A model generated the notes under the pieces. It did not search any database, was not told where the DNA came from, and saw nothing but the letters and a program-made list of their open reading frames with translations. A stretch of DNA of 64,000 nucleotides from Callorhinchus milii (lineage: Eukaryota), in NCBI RefSeq assembly GCF_018977255.1, contig NW_024704742.1, forward strand, positions 65,660,001 to 65,724,000, in the 5' to 3' direction. Positions within the stretch are counted from its first letter, which is position 1. Every line of letters begins with the position of its first letter. This document shows positions 25,191 through 37,825 of the stretch, piece by piece. Made by a program: the position numbers and the translations under genes.

Positions 25191-25763
25191 TTATGGTTTG
25201 TTCCTCTCAGGGGTCAAGCGCCACCATTTTGTATGAATCTGAGGTGAGTGATTTTATTGTGTAAATTTTAGGGCCTATATCAGCTCTAGTCTCAAAAGAT
25301 AAATAAAATAAGAATAATTTGGTCACTCAATCATTGACTCTTTATGGGACACTGCTCTTTGCGTGGGCTGCTGCAATTCGCCCACAAAATACATAGGCAA
25401 TTCACTGTACAGTTTATCCTGTGAAACACTTTGAGATGTCTCAATGACGTGATAAAACACAATAATAAATGCATGGATTATTGTTATTAGTTTTATTTTG
25501 TTTAATATTGCTTTCCAGCAGCCATCAGCCTCAGGGGGTCAGAAGAAATGACACCGCTTAGCTGAAATTAACTTATCTGGAAACAACAAACAGTTTCTGT
25601 TGCCAGTCAGTGGTAAATTGCTTGGCAGTAAATTTAGTCTGTTCTCTTCGCAAACGAGTTGATTTGAGCAACAACAGACAATAAATTGTATTTATAATAA
25701 TCCTTGCATTTGATATAACACTTTATCATGTCTGTGAGATGTCTCAAAGCTCTTTATTTACAA

Positions 25764-26203
25764 CTAGCTGTACCGTTTGCAGCTATGCTTGCAACCAAAG
25801 GATCCAATATGGAATGTAGATTTCAGTGATACCACTCACAAACCATTTAACATGCCATAAACACTATGTGTACACCTTAATCAAAACTGTTGTAGATATT
25901 GACTCAATAGTTTTTGTATGCTTGTTTTTAAGAGCTGGTGTTTTCAGTGATATTACTCACAAACCATTTTACATGCCATAAACCCTGTGCGCACACCTTA
26001 AGCAAAATTGCAAAACATGTGTGATGAGCTTTGTTTAGGTCTTACCTCATCAATGAGAGGAGATTCCCCCCCCAAAAAAATACTCCCCCTTGCAAGACTT
26101 TTCCTGGTAGGTATAAACCATGTCTCTATGACAATCGGTTACAGAGTTTTGTCGGATGGACAGATACACAGCCAGACAGATATTACGTCTTTATTAGTAC
26201 CGA
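25764..26203 (-). mobile_element. Non-autonomous Helitron-like element (~440 bp)
   Basis: 5' TC(GG)TACTAATAAAG followed by a TCTG-like microsatellite. 3' hairpin at 25777-25794, then 9 nt, then CTAG|T. No TSD. Internal ~121-bp tandem duplication. Homologous 5' copy at 27805-27944. Confidence 0.7.
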
Positions 26204-26859
26204 CAACAACAACTTGCATTTATATCGCACCCTTCATGTGGGGCAGCATCTCAGAGCATTTGCACCTTTTATATTGGGAGGACGTAACAAGGCAATGAGT
26301 TCAAGCGAGCTGATGAGCTTAAAGACACAGAAATAACCCCCTGACTTTTATAATTGCATCTACCTCCAGGAGAAAATACTGGAAAATGATAGGCAAATGG
26401 CCAGTCCAGAAAGAATGACAACAATTTGTATTTAAACAGTGGGTATCTCTTACTTTGGGTATGTTTTCGGGTATCACCTATTATTCATGAGTTAAAACCT
26501 ACATCTATGTTAGACAAGATCCAATATAACAGTAAAGTCTCAAACTGCTGAACAATGGTATTGTTTGATACTGAGCTGGATAGAAAAGGAAGGTGACCGT
26601 AGGCACTATGAAAGAGGAAAATCTTCAGGTGCTATCTAAAGACAGGAAGAGGCAAGGCAGAGAGGTTGCGGTAGGGAGCTGAAAGTAGTGGCTGAAAGCA
26701 CGGCCACTGATGACAAAGTGGAGGGGTCAAGGGACATGAAGAAGTCTGAGCCAGTTGAGCAAAGGGGGCTGGAAGAGAAGTGGGGTGTGAGCAGGTTGGA
26801 GAGGTAAGGACATTTAAGACATTAACCATAGAAGTCAATTTTTGATTCCAACAGAACTA

Positions 26860-27790
26860 CAACAACAACTTGCACTTATATAGTGCCCTCCCCACAGGGT
26901 AGCGTCTCAGTAGCGCTTAACATTGGCCTGATTCCGAGCTGCGGTGGGGATTAGGAATGAGGTGACCGTAAGCACGGTTGAAAAGAAAGGCTTTCAGGCG
27001 GGACTTGAAAAAGGGGAGAGAGGGGGTAAGGCGGAGGGATTGAGGGAGAGTATTCCAGAGTTTGGGGCGTAGTGGCTGAAAGTCCGACCTCCGATGGTGG
27101 AGCGGAGGGTGCGACGGATGAGCAGGAGGCCGGTGCCAGTCGAGTGGAGGTGCCGGGTGCTGGATTGGAGAGTGAGGAGGTCAGAGAGGTATAGAGGTGC
27201 TAGGGAGTGAAGTGATTTGAACACGAGTGTGAGGATCTTGAAGTCGATCCGTTTGGTGATGGCCAGTGGAGTATGGCCAGACTTGGAGTTTTTGAATAGT
27301 GGAGCTGGGGAGACCGCCAAGGAATGCTTTTAGTAATCCAGGTGGGAGGTGACATACCCATGCACAAGGTGTTCGGCTGCATTTGGGGTAAGGTACAGTC
27401 GGAGGCGGCAATGTGGTGGAGGTGGAGGAAGGCGGTCCTGGTCAGGGACCGGATGTGAGGGAGGAAGGACAGTTGGGAGTCGAACCGGACGCCTAGATTG
27501 CGCACTGGTTCGATGAGTCTGAGGGAGAGACCAGGGAGGTTGAGAAGTTTAGATCTGCAGGAGTGAAGACGTTGATAGGAGCCAAAGAGTATGGTTTCCA
27601 TCTTGCCCATATTCAGCTGCAGGTTTGCACTCATCCAGGCTCTGATGTCTGCCAGACACGCTGATAGAAAATCGGCAGACCTGGAGTTGGTACTGGAGGA
27701 GGCAAAGTAGATTTGTGTGTCATCTGCATACAAATGGAACTTTCTGTGCCTGCGGATGACATGGCCAAGAGGGAGCATGTAGATGAGGAC
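26860..27790 (-). mobile_element. L2 LINE 3' fragment (second subfamily)
   Basis: YMLPLGHVIRRH..LYADDTQIY...NLGVRFDSQLSF and RIDFKILTLVFK, with a (TTG)n tail. Confidence 0.9.
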
Positions 27791-27804
27791 TATACATATA
27801 CGCA

Positions 27805-27944
27805 TCTTCTATACTAATAGAATGACAATGTCTGTCTGTCTGTCTGTCTGTGCTTCTGGAGGATTTCAATAACTGATTGACGTAGAGACATGATTTATAC
27901 TTCACCGGAAAGAGCTTGCCGCTGGGAGTGACATGGGAATATTT
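27805..27944 (+). mobile_element. 5' fragment of the same Helitron-like family
   Basis: A|TCTTCTATACTAATAG...(TCTG)n...AACTGATTGACGTAGAGACATGATTTATAC aligns by eye to the reverse complement of about 26080-26200. Confidence 0.6.
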
Positions 27945-27983
27945 GAGTTCTGACGAAGGGTCGTGCACCCGAAACATTGACTC
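27945..27983 (+). ncRNA. Minimal type I hammerhead ribozyme motif (probably decayed) in a Penelope-like terminal repeat
   Basis: GAGTT-CTGACGA-A-GGGT-CGTGC-ACCC-GAAA-CATT-GACTC: both core boxes (CUGANGA and GAAA), stem II GGGT/ACCC, stem I GAGTT/GACTC. Confidence 0.65.
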
Positions 27984-28080
27984 ACTTTCCTTTCTCCATA
28001 GATGTTGCCTGACCTGCTGAGTTTCCCAGTTCTCTCTGTTTTTGTTTCAGATTTCAGCATCTGCAGTATTTGTGTTTTGG
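27945..28080 (+). mobile_element. Penelope-like element terminal repeat fragment
   Basis: Hammerhead motif followed by ...GCCTGACCTGCTGAGTTTCCCAG...TTTCAGATTTCAGCATCTGCAGTATT. Related pieces occur at 16241-16297 (-) and about 17975-18006 (+). Confidence 0.55.
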
Positions 28081-28919
28081 GCATATTTATTTTTGGATAT
28101 CTCCTATTGTTCATGACTTGAGACCTAAAATGTATTACAGTTTTGCATTTTTCGCTGCAGTTACACCTGGTGGCTGCCAAGTTAAAAAAAGTTGTGCTGT
28201 GGCATCGTGCAGTTACACTTGGTGGCCACACTGGCTGTCCGTGGCGCTGTGGCATTGTGCATCACAGAGCACACACGTAGCTATGTGGCGGCGGGAACAA
28301 AATAAAGAACACAGACAAAGCTAAGCCGCGGCAGCAATAACAAAATTACATTTTTAAAGCGCCTTTCACGTCGGGAGGACGTCTCAGTGATTATAAATTA
28401 TACATTTACATTCATCATTATAAAGATGTCTAAGCGAATGGGATCACCGTAAAAAACACATCAAGAATGTGAACAAGTCTATGTTAGACAGGATCCAATA
28501 TAACAAGAGAATCCAGAAGAACAGCTGGAGGGAGCGTGACTGAGATACCAAAGATCCTTTGTCACATGTTGTACACAAAATACACTTTTAAGAGAATCCA
28601 AAGATACAGCCATCAGAGAAATGAATTAGCAGTGAGAGGAATTTTCTTACAGTGGAAGAGAAATACAAACAGCAGTGACCGTGATATCACTGTGATTTAG
28701 TAGATTGATTATTGATAGCTGACTGTATTTGCACGTGTATTTACCAAGCATCTCGGAGGTTCAATCAGCTCCCTCTTCATTGAGATATTTATTAAAAAAT
28801 TACGGTGATATATATCTCTATTAAAGAAAGAGCCTTTTTCCATAAAATATTTTAATTAAGTGGAATTTTAGCTTGCTAAATTACGAAGAGTTAAAGGCAG
28901 AGATAAGATAGCACTTACA

Positions 28920-29390
28920 TAGAGTTACATAGAGAAATACAATGCTTAAACAAGCCATTCAATCCAATTTGCCCCTTCTATTCCTCTGAATTCACCTCTC
29001 CTTAATTATGCATTAAGTTTACTCTTAAATACATTTATACTTTTTGCTTCAACCACAGTTTCAGGCAGTGAGTTCCATATTCTCACCATCCTCTGAGTAA
29101 AGAAGTTCCTTCTAAATTCCCCATTACATCTATTACTGGCTATCATATTTATGCCTTCTAGGTTTGGACTCACTGAAAGGGGAAACAACATATGAAGTCG
29201 TCTCAACTCCAGAGAGAAAAGCTGCAACATGTTCAATCTTTCTTGATAGCTGTATTCACTCACCACTGGTAACATCCTTGTAAATTTACACTGTATTCTC
29301 CTGCATTATGGTAACAGTGCACAGTACTCCAAATGTCTAACCAATGTTTTATATAAATTTAACATGACTTCCTACTTTTATACTCTAGTC
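28920..29390 (-). mobile_element. CR1-like LINE 3' fragment
   Basis: ORF SYQERLNMLQLFSLELRR...RRNFFTQRMVRIWNSLPETVVEAKSINVFK. Confidence 0.85.
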
Positions 29391-30281
29391 CTCTGAACAT
29401 CTGATAGACTGCCTCTTGTGAATGATCTCAGCCTAGACTGAGAATGTTATCATGAGTTTATTGGTAACACTGGAATTCTATTACTTGAAAAAGACACAGA
29501 AACATTGACATTTTCTTCACAGAATGGAACCATTGTCCCTGCATCACTAGTACCTATTTTTCTAAAACAAAAAATGATTAATTCCACTTATCAACTCCCA
29601 GCGCGCCTTGATGCTTTTATTCTGCTCAGGTGCTTACCCAGTTCTTTGGAAACATTCTATTGATCCGGCCTGAAAAGCCACACGTAATGATTTTGAAACC
29701 CTAATAAATCTCTCAGTGTGTGAAAAAAAACTAACCTTTCACCTATTTTTTCTGCTAACAAGCTATGCCCTGTTATCACCGATTCTCCAGCAAACAAAAT
29801 AGTCCTTGCATTTGATATAGTGCCTTATCACGTTGTTGAGTGGTCTCAAAGTGCTTCACAGAATATACTGTAAAGTGAACTGACTATGCATTTTGTGCAG
29901 GAAGCAAGGCAGCCATTTGTGCACAGCTGTATCCCACAAAGAGTTGTGGATTGAATGACCAAATAACAAGATCAAAAATCTTTATACCAGTCATCCGGGA
30001 AAAGTTGGGAATTAGACAAATGCTTGAAAAAGAGGGCTATTAAAGGGGCTGAGGAATGAGTAGAAGAGTGGGACTAGATCCTTTCAGGAGTAACCTGTGA
30101 GGAGGAATAAAGCTTGCATCCTTACCATTCAATTGAGGTCATTCTGCTGAGACACCCAATGCAATTATTTATCAACTACATGCATTTTTGTCTCCTCTCA
30201 GTTTTCTGTCAGCATTGTTCAATGTCCGCTGGAGACCATTGGCAGAAGAAAGAAGTGTCGAGACTTGCTCCTGGAGATGTG

Positions 30282-30717
30282 TGTCAGCCTGGCTCAGTGG
30301 TAGCGTTCTCGCCTCTGAGTCGGAAGGTTGTGGGTTCAAACCCCACATCAGGACTTGAAATCACATTGTCTAACAATCCAATGCAGTGCTTGGGGGTGTT
30401 GCAAAGTCAGAGGTGCCATGCTTCAGATGAGTCATTAAACTGAGGTCTCATCTGCCTGTTCAGGTGGATGGTAAACATCCCATGGCAGTATTCGAAAAGA
30501 GAATGGAGTTTCTCCTGGTGTTCTGGCCACCAATTCCTCAAATAAAATTGGTCACTCATTAATTGGCTGTTTGTGATACCTTGCTGTGTGCAATTAGCTG
30601 ACACATTTTGTTCACAAAATACACAGTAAATCCACTTGACAGTATATCCTGTGAAGTGCTTTGAGATGTCTTTACAATGTGATAGGTCGGAATGAAATGC
30701 AAGGATTATTATTATTA
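30282..30717 (+). mobile_element. Full-length SINE family B, DeuSINE/SacSINE1-like
   Basis: Head GGCTCAGTGGTAGC..CTCGCCTCTGAGTCGGAAGGTTGTGGGTTCAAACCCC. Deu-like body AGAGGTGCC..TTCAGATGAG..TTAAACTGAGG..CTGCCTGTTCAGGTGGATG. Same tail as family A. Other copies at about 250-570 (+), 34797-35051 (-), 45620-46022 (-) and 52690-52990 (+). Confidence 0.75.
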
Positions 30718-33160
30718 CTCTATGGATCAAAGCAGTCTGCATTTCAGTGAAGTATTGTAAGACTGAACATGAATCAGATTAAAGAGTTTGATAGTTTACT
30801 GTCTGATACATTGTGAGTCATATACCCCTGTGGTCAGAATTCTCTTTAACTTATTGCTCACTGTGCAGTTATTCCTTAATAACGTACAGCTCGTCTCAGT
30901 GTTAAGATGAATAAATCAAGGCAGTTAAAGTACTGAGTGGCACCGAGCCACAACATCGTAGTCGTGGAGAAGAAAATATTTGGCAACATGAAAAGTTAAA
31001 TCCCTACATTTATCCTCATGTTCAACATCCCGAATGTAATATAATAATAATCCTTGCATTTGATTTAGTGCCTTATCACATCTTCGAGACGTCTCAAAGC
31101 GCTTCACAGAATATACTGTAAAGTGAATTGACTGTATATTTTGTGGGCAAAACGCGGCAGCCAATTGCGCACAGCAGTGTCCCATGTACTGTTTGTTATA
31201 AGGAGTTGACACTTGCACCATTGAGAATTGCTATAGCAACATTTCAAGTATGACACCTTTGCAATAATTTGCAGTGATAACAATAATTTGCTGTGTGCAA
31301 TTGGCTGCCACATTTCGCCCACAAAATACACAATCAATCCAGTATATTCTGTGAAGCTCTTTGAGACATCTCAACCACATGATAAGGCGCTATATCAAGA
31401 GCAAGGATTGTTATTAATAAAATCATGCTTAATTGAAACAGATTGTTTTATTGCACCCATATTTTTAACATCCATAGATACACTGAAGTCTAATAATATT
31501 TTTATCATGATCCAAACAATCTGGAAACATGGGGACACAGACTCCAGCTCGGAAGAGGGAAGATTAACAGACGGTTCAGATATACACTAACCTCTTGATA
31601 ACAAGACACAGTCTTAACTTGTCTCTACCACTTAAGTAGCCATGCTGTCAATATCCCGTCTGTTTCCCATGCAAAATGTTAATAAGGGACTCTGCTTTAT
31701 TTGTCACTCCACATAACACATAACTAATAGCATCCTAGAAGTTCTTGATGATGCACGTCTAACTAACCACTTCGGATAACTCGTCACTGAACCTTTTTTC
31801 CTTGAGTGACAAAAAGGAGTTTACTGTATTACTTCACATGGATAGTGGCAAATAATTGGAATAGACCACTCCAATATGCAGCTTATGTCACCAAATTCAA
31901 GAGAGAATTCCGTAGCTATTTGGCAAACAAAATCAATTGAAGTTTATGAGAAATAAAGTAATGTAGATGATATATTTGTAACTTTCGGTTAAGTAACCTT
32001 TTCTGTTCTTTCACATTCCTATATTCATAGTATACTTATGAGGAATCAACGCATAATAATAACATTTGATATAGAGTCTTTCATGTCAGGAGGATGTCTC
32101 AAAGTACTTCACAATATATACTTTTAAGTGGAGTGACTTTGGTGAGCATGGCAGCCAATTTGTGCACAACAGCCATGAATGGCTAATTTTATTTTTGATG
32201 ATTGTTGACCAAGAGAAACACTCTTCTTTCAGAGTCCCATGTGATCTTTAATGTCCATCTAAACAGGCAGAAAGACCTTGATTTAACATCGCACTCATTT
32301 AATATACACTACTCATGGCATAGCACATCACGCTTCAAATCTACTGCACACCACTGAAACAAAGGACATAATTTTCTACAAAAATACTGATAATCAGTAG
32401 AGCCGAATCTGCTATAATGTAATGGGTAAAAGTAGTGTATAGTGATCAAAGAACAAGTGAGCTGACGACATGTTGTACCTGAATCACCATTGGAATTAGA
32501 GTGACCTCCTGTGGTCAATTTGCTGTACTGTATTAGATGCGGTTGTTACAAACAAAGGAATTGTCCACGGTTATTTATTTTAAAAAATCCTTTTACCAAT
32601 AAGGGAGCAGAAGCTTACAAATGAAACTCTCAGTCCTAAAATGAATTTCTCAGATATTCATGAAGTCATACGTAGCCAGTTATTAAATGTTACAGTACAT
32701 AATGATGCTTCTTATTTACAGCAATTGTTTTGTTTAAGTCTGGCTTGTTTTCTGCCAATTCTCTTGCATCATAGAAAGCTCAAGGATCTTTGTGGCTGGA
32801 AGCCAGTTGACAATTTCTGCACTTATGTGTGCAGCAACCTTTTAAACGCCAGCAGCCACAAAACGCAGCATCCTTCCTTTGTGGAGTCCTGTAGCATATT
32901 GGTTGAAGCTCTCGCCTTGCAAGCGAGAGGACCCGATGTTGATTTCCATGAAGGACAAAATCTTTGTCACGTTTCCTTACTCCACACAGCTTATTATTTT
33001 GCATCTCCAAGGCACAAAACTACAACAACAACTTGTATTTATATAATGTCCTTCACGTGGGGTAGCATCTCGGAGCACTGACTAGAGGAGTTGGGATAAT
33101 TTTGAGATCCAATGTACAGGACTTGCAAGTAGAGACTTGCTGATAACCGGAAAGTGCATC

Positions 33161-33470
33161 ATCATAATAATTCTTGCATTTGATATAGCGCCTTTACACA
33201 TCATTGAGACGTTTCAAAGTGCTTCACAGAATATACCGTAAAGTTAATTAACTATTTTGTGGATGAAATGTGCCAGTTAATTGCACACAGCACTGTCAAC
33301 AAACAGTTGTGGATTACATTTTTGAAATTTTTTTTTGAAGAGATTATTACCCCCAGAAAAGCAATCTGCCAATTGACTAACCCGAATTCCTACTTTCTGC
33401 TGGGTAAACAGAAGTGTGAGGAGCATGGGAATCGAACCCAGGTCCTCTGGCTTGCGAGGCTTGTGCTGTA
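33161..33470 (-). mobile_element. SINE family A
   Basis: Tail, body and head (GGGAATCGAACCCAGG on plus). Confidence 0.75.
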
Positions 33471-35730
33471 ACCTGTCAGACTCTGGCCACTGGAAATATG
33501 ATTTTGCACCCACTCCCTACAGTGGCTGGATGTTCGACCGCAATACAGCAGTGAATTCATTGGAAGCCATTTTCCTCTCAGAAATACTTCCAATGAATGA
33601 AAATAGACAAGCGACTCAAATTCAGATTGAGCCTGTAATGACGAGGTCTATTTTGCACTTAGTTATGGTTTAAGGGTTGAAATGGTGAGCATAATAAAGT
33701 GATGTAGTAGCTAAAATGTTAATGACAGCAAAGTGCTGCATTGTAGAATCCTGGACAAGGTATTTCTTGCTGATAAAGACGTGTTGCAGAAATAGGCATT
33801 GGCGACTCATTAACACGGAAAATTAGTCATGAAATGGGCAATGAATACTCAGCTTCATAAAATACCAAAGAATCTGGTGTTAGCATAGCTAACAATCCTG
33901 ACATTGAGATAGAGCTCTCACATGTGATAGGTTCAATGGAAGTGCAGTTTTGAGTTGTTTTCAGCAGTTAACATTTATAAACCTGGCCTTGCAGTGAGGC
34001 ATTATTAAGCAGACAAGAGACTAGATATCTGTAAACATTAGTATCTGTGCATTATTAGATTTAAAACAAGTTATTTTATCTCAAAAAATGCCTACATTGC
34101 TGTGCTACTCCCAAGACAATTTTTATAACTAGCATATTCAGTTCACTCTCTCCAAGTCTAATATCTTGTCCTTTCCAAAGTATTCTGCAGAGGTATAGAA
34201 ATTGTTTATCCATTGCAATGAAAATAATGGGATAATCAATTTGTTTCACCTTATTGTGAATTATTTTTATTGTGCCTCCACAATTTTGATTTATGCTGTA
34301 TAATTGAAGTGATGCATAGAATGTAGGATAGTAGTTAGAGGTTCCCATGTCTTGCAATTTGCTGTGATGGGGTTTCTTGGAGATGTAATTTTTCTGACTG
34401 TGATGCTAACTCTTTCCTTCAGAGGTGTTTCTCAACTCCGTTATACAATGTTTTCATAATCCACAAGATGTAGGACAATAAGACCTTTTGGGTTTGAAGG
34501 ATTTAAGATCTTTTTAACAATGCTCCAGGGTCACAATAAATTGCTTCCCATTGTTTAGCATTGCACTCTTTTTTCCCCTGTAGGGTTTGGTCATTTTATT
34601 GAAAATTCCATAATAAATTACAAATATACCAGGAAAAATAAGGGGTGGGAAAGAAATTTTAATGATCAAATAATTTTGCAAATCTACTGTGAATGCTAGT
34701 ACGTTACAGTAAATTAATTTTGTGAATACATTTTGATAAAATTGTATTTCATGTGTATTTCACCCACGAAATACAGTCACTACACGTAAGGGTATAGTGA
34801 ATGACTAATTTTATCTGGGGGATTGTTGTCCAGAACACTGGGAGATACTCCCTTCTCTTTTCGAATCGTGCCTTTAACGTTCACCCGAACAGGCAGACAA
34901 TTTAACATCTCATCCAAAGGAAGGCACCCCCAATGTAGTGCTACATTGCAATGGCTGCTTGGACTGTATGAGTTCTAAGTCCAACATGGGGCTTGAACCA
35001 CAACCTTCTGACTCAGAAGCAAAAGTGCTTTCAACCATGTTAGGCTGACACACCCTCAAGCATGCATTGGGACATTAACTTAGACGAGCTCAGAACTCCA
35101 TAATCCATTTTCAGAAGATCACAAGATTGGTTTGTATGAAGAAGGTCACTCAGCCCATCTGATCTCATCCTTCCAGAATACATACTCTTCCATCTTCCCA
35201 TTACAGGACCAAGCCGTTTTTTACTTATTAAATTATATTGGTATGATCAAAGAGAAAGGAAATTGTTACACTAATTTGAATTTTGACTGATGATCATGGT
35301 AATGAGAATTGAAGCAAAATTAAATAGAAAGCAGATACAAATCTACTTGGCACTGCATGTATCAGCACAAGCTGGCGAATAATGATATAATTTCACGTGG
35401 TACCAACCTTTAAATGCACAACAGGACAAACCCGTAGGGAGAACTGTACCATGTAGGTTTATTTAAACTGCTGAATAAAGTTTATATTGGTACAAAGGTT
35501 TGCAATACGCACAGCTGACCAATCGTACACATGACTATTTCCCACGGGTGTGTTGTTAAGCCGTATATATGAACAAGTACATTCTAACCACTCGCAATCA
35601 AACATTAAACTCTACATAATAAAGTGCTATACGGATGGTTCTACCACATCACATTTCATGCTTTCTAAAGTGCAGAAACAAAGTCTTTATACTGACCCGC
35701 AAAAACAAATGCTTTTCATAATTCATCTAT

Positions 35731-35736
35731 TTTATT
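35731..35736 (-). terminator. Candidate NICOL1 polyadenylation signal (AATAAA); an alternative lies at 35458-35463
   Basis: TTTATT on the plus strand about 155 nt downstream of the stop codon. Confidence 0.35.
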
Positions 35737-35890
35737 TTCCACAAGTCTCTTGAAATACTGTATATTAAAACCTTTCACCGTAAATACTAAGCTTAATACT
35801 GCTTAACCTACACTCTCATGTTCAACAAGTGGTTTTGTGTACGCGTAGTATAGGATTCATGGGAACATCATGGCACCATCTTGTGATCCG

Positions 35891-35962
35891 TCAGCCAACT
35901 AGGTTTGAAGGCAGGCAGTCGCACAAAGCCCTCTGCTCCACTCGCAGCAGCAGATCTTCAGT
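35891..35962 (-). CDS. NICOL1: NICOL1 terminal coding exon (72 bp including TGA)
   Basis: Acceptor tatgtattctacag|. Encodes TEDLLLRVEQRALCDCLPSNLVG*, like human TETLLLQAERRALCAC. Full protein is 92 aa. Confidence 0.94.
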   Translation of the reverse strand, partial: TEDLLLRVEQRALCDCLPSNLVG

Positions 35963-37110
35963 CTGTAGAATACATAAAGGGCAGCATTATCATACAATCA
36001 ACAACCCCCCACCCCCCTCATTTCATTTTAAACATTGCCAGCCTCTTTCATCCTGGGCTGGATTGGAAGTCATTTTACAGCCTCAAGATTAGAAGAAACA
36101 AAGATTCACAGATAAAGTAGGTAGTACAGATACTTAACACATTAAAAAAAATACAATACATACTTATTAATAGATAGCCACAAATTCAATGGATTTAATC
36201 ATTCAGCCATTTTCTATAATCTTAAGCTTTTACTGCAAATTTTCTTTTCTGCAATTTTTAAAAATTAAATATACAAATCTATCAATAAACACATTGAATA
36301 TATCAAGAGCAATTCATTTTACTGCCTTGTCAATAATTAGCTTAGGCTTTACATAACCTTATTAGATGCTAAATCAAAAAATAAATCAAACCCCTAACAT
36401 CAATGTAAATATTCTCTCTGAGGTAGGATGAAGGTGAAGTTCAGGTGGATATTTCTGGGAGTGAAGTGGATATAGGTGAAACAAATTATTTTCAATCAGA
36501 TAATAATAATCCTTGCATTTGATATGAGGCTTTTCATGTCTTCTAGACATCTCAAAGAGCTTCACAGAATATACTGTAAAGTGAATTGACTGTATATTTG
36601 TGAGCGAACGCGCAGCCAATTGCGAACAGCAGTGTCCCACAAACAGTCGCAGATTGAAAATGACCAATTTATTATTGTTTTTTGGAGGGATTATGATGGT
36701 GCAAGAGGTAACTTGTCATACCGATAGCATAAACGCAGCAGCTAAGCTGGCATTTGCCAATATTTGGATGTATGATTATGAAACTCTACAGAATAGGGGC
36801 AGAGTATCCTTCACTTTTACTGAAATGCTTTCCTTATCCTTATTTTTTGCTGATTCAAACTGCATTAATGTATAGGAACTACATATCATCTAATGGTTTG
36901 GATTATCCAATTGGTTTGGGCTGTCCATTTTAAATCTTATCTTTGTTAGGTGCTATATATGAAATTGAAGCATCCTGTATTCTTTGGACATTTAATAGTT
37001 ATATTTTATTTTGAAGTTATCGACCAAAAAGCATCCTATCCTCAGGCCACTTCTTGCACGACTCCCAGAATCAAAGTATCCAATTGTTACAGTGAGCATT
37101 GTATACTTAC

Positions 37111-37199
37111 TCTAGTGTTCAGATTATTTGCAGTCCTTTTCAAGTCCTGCAGTGCCCTCTGCATGAATTCAAAGGCATGGCAGTCAACGCATGGACGGC
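37111..37199 (-). CDS. NICOL1: NICOL1 coding exon 2 (89 bp)
   Basis: Acceptor gccttccacag| and donor AGA|GTAAGT. Encodes (S)RPCVDCHAFEFMQRALQDLKRTANNLNTR, matching the C4orf48 motif SRPCVDCHAFEFMQRALQDL. Not in the ORF track. Confidence 0.96.
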
Positions 37200-37825
37200 C
37201 TGTGGAAGGCACATTAGGATAATACATGTAAGTCAAACCTGTTCATGTTGATTCAGATAAACAAGGTTTTTTGGCCCAATTGTCGAACATTGACAAGACA
37301 GAGGCTCTCCTGGTGGGCTCCAGTCAGCACTTTCTAACCCCAGTCACTGACTGCAGCAAACTGCTTAGGTGCACACTCCAACATATGGAGCCTGTGCAGA
37401 TCCATGGTGTCTTGTTCCCCACTTAAATATCCTTTTACTCTCACAGGGAGCGCCAGTAAACCCATGTTCAACAATAGACTTATTTTGTACTGATATATGC
37501 CTTTACTTACTCTATTCAGCCTTTTAGAGATTGCATAGAATTGAAAGGAACAGTGACAAAAAGGTTCAGTATATGTAAAGTCAAAAAGGTAATGAAAAGG
37601 AGTCACATGAAAGAAATAGAGAAGAGATTGAAAGAAAAAAAACACTTTAATCTAAAAATGTGATACAATTGCAACAAAAAAACATCATTGGTAGAAGCTT
37701 GAAATGGCAAGCTGCCTTTCATTCATGCCTTTCACCAAGGATAACATCTCAAACATGATTTAATGGAAAGATTCGGATCAACGAGCAGAATGAGAAGCAG
37801 GGCAGTTCGAAAATTCTAACCCAGG

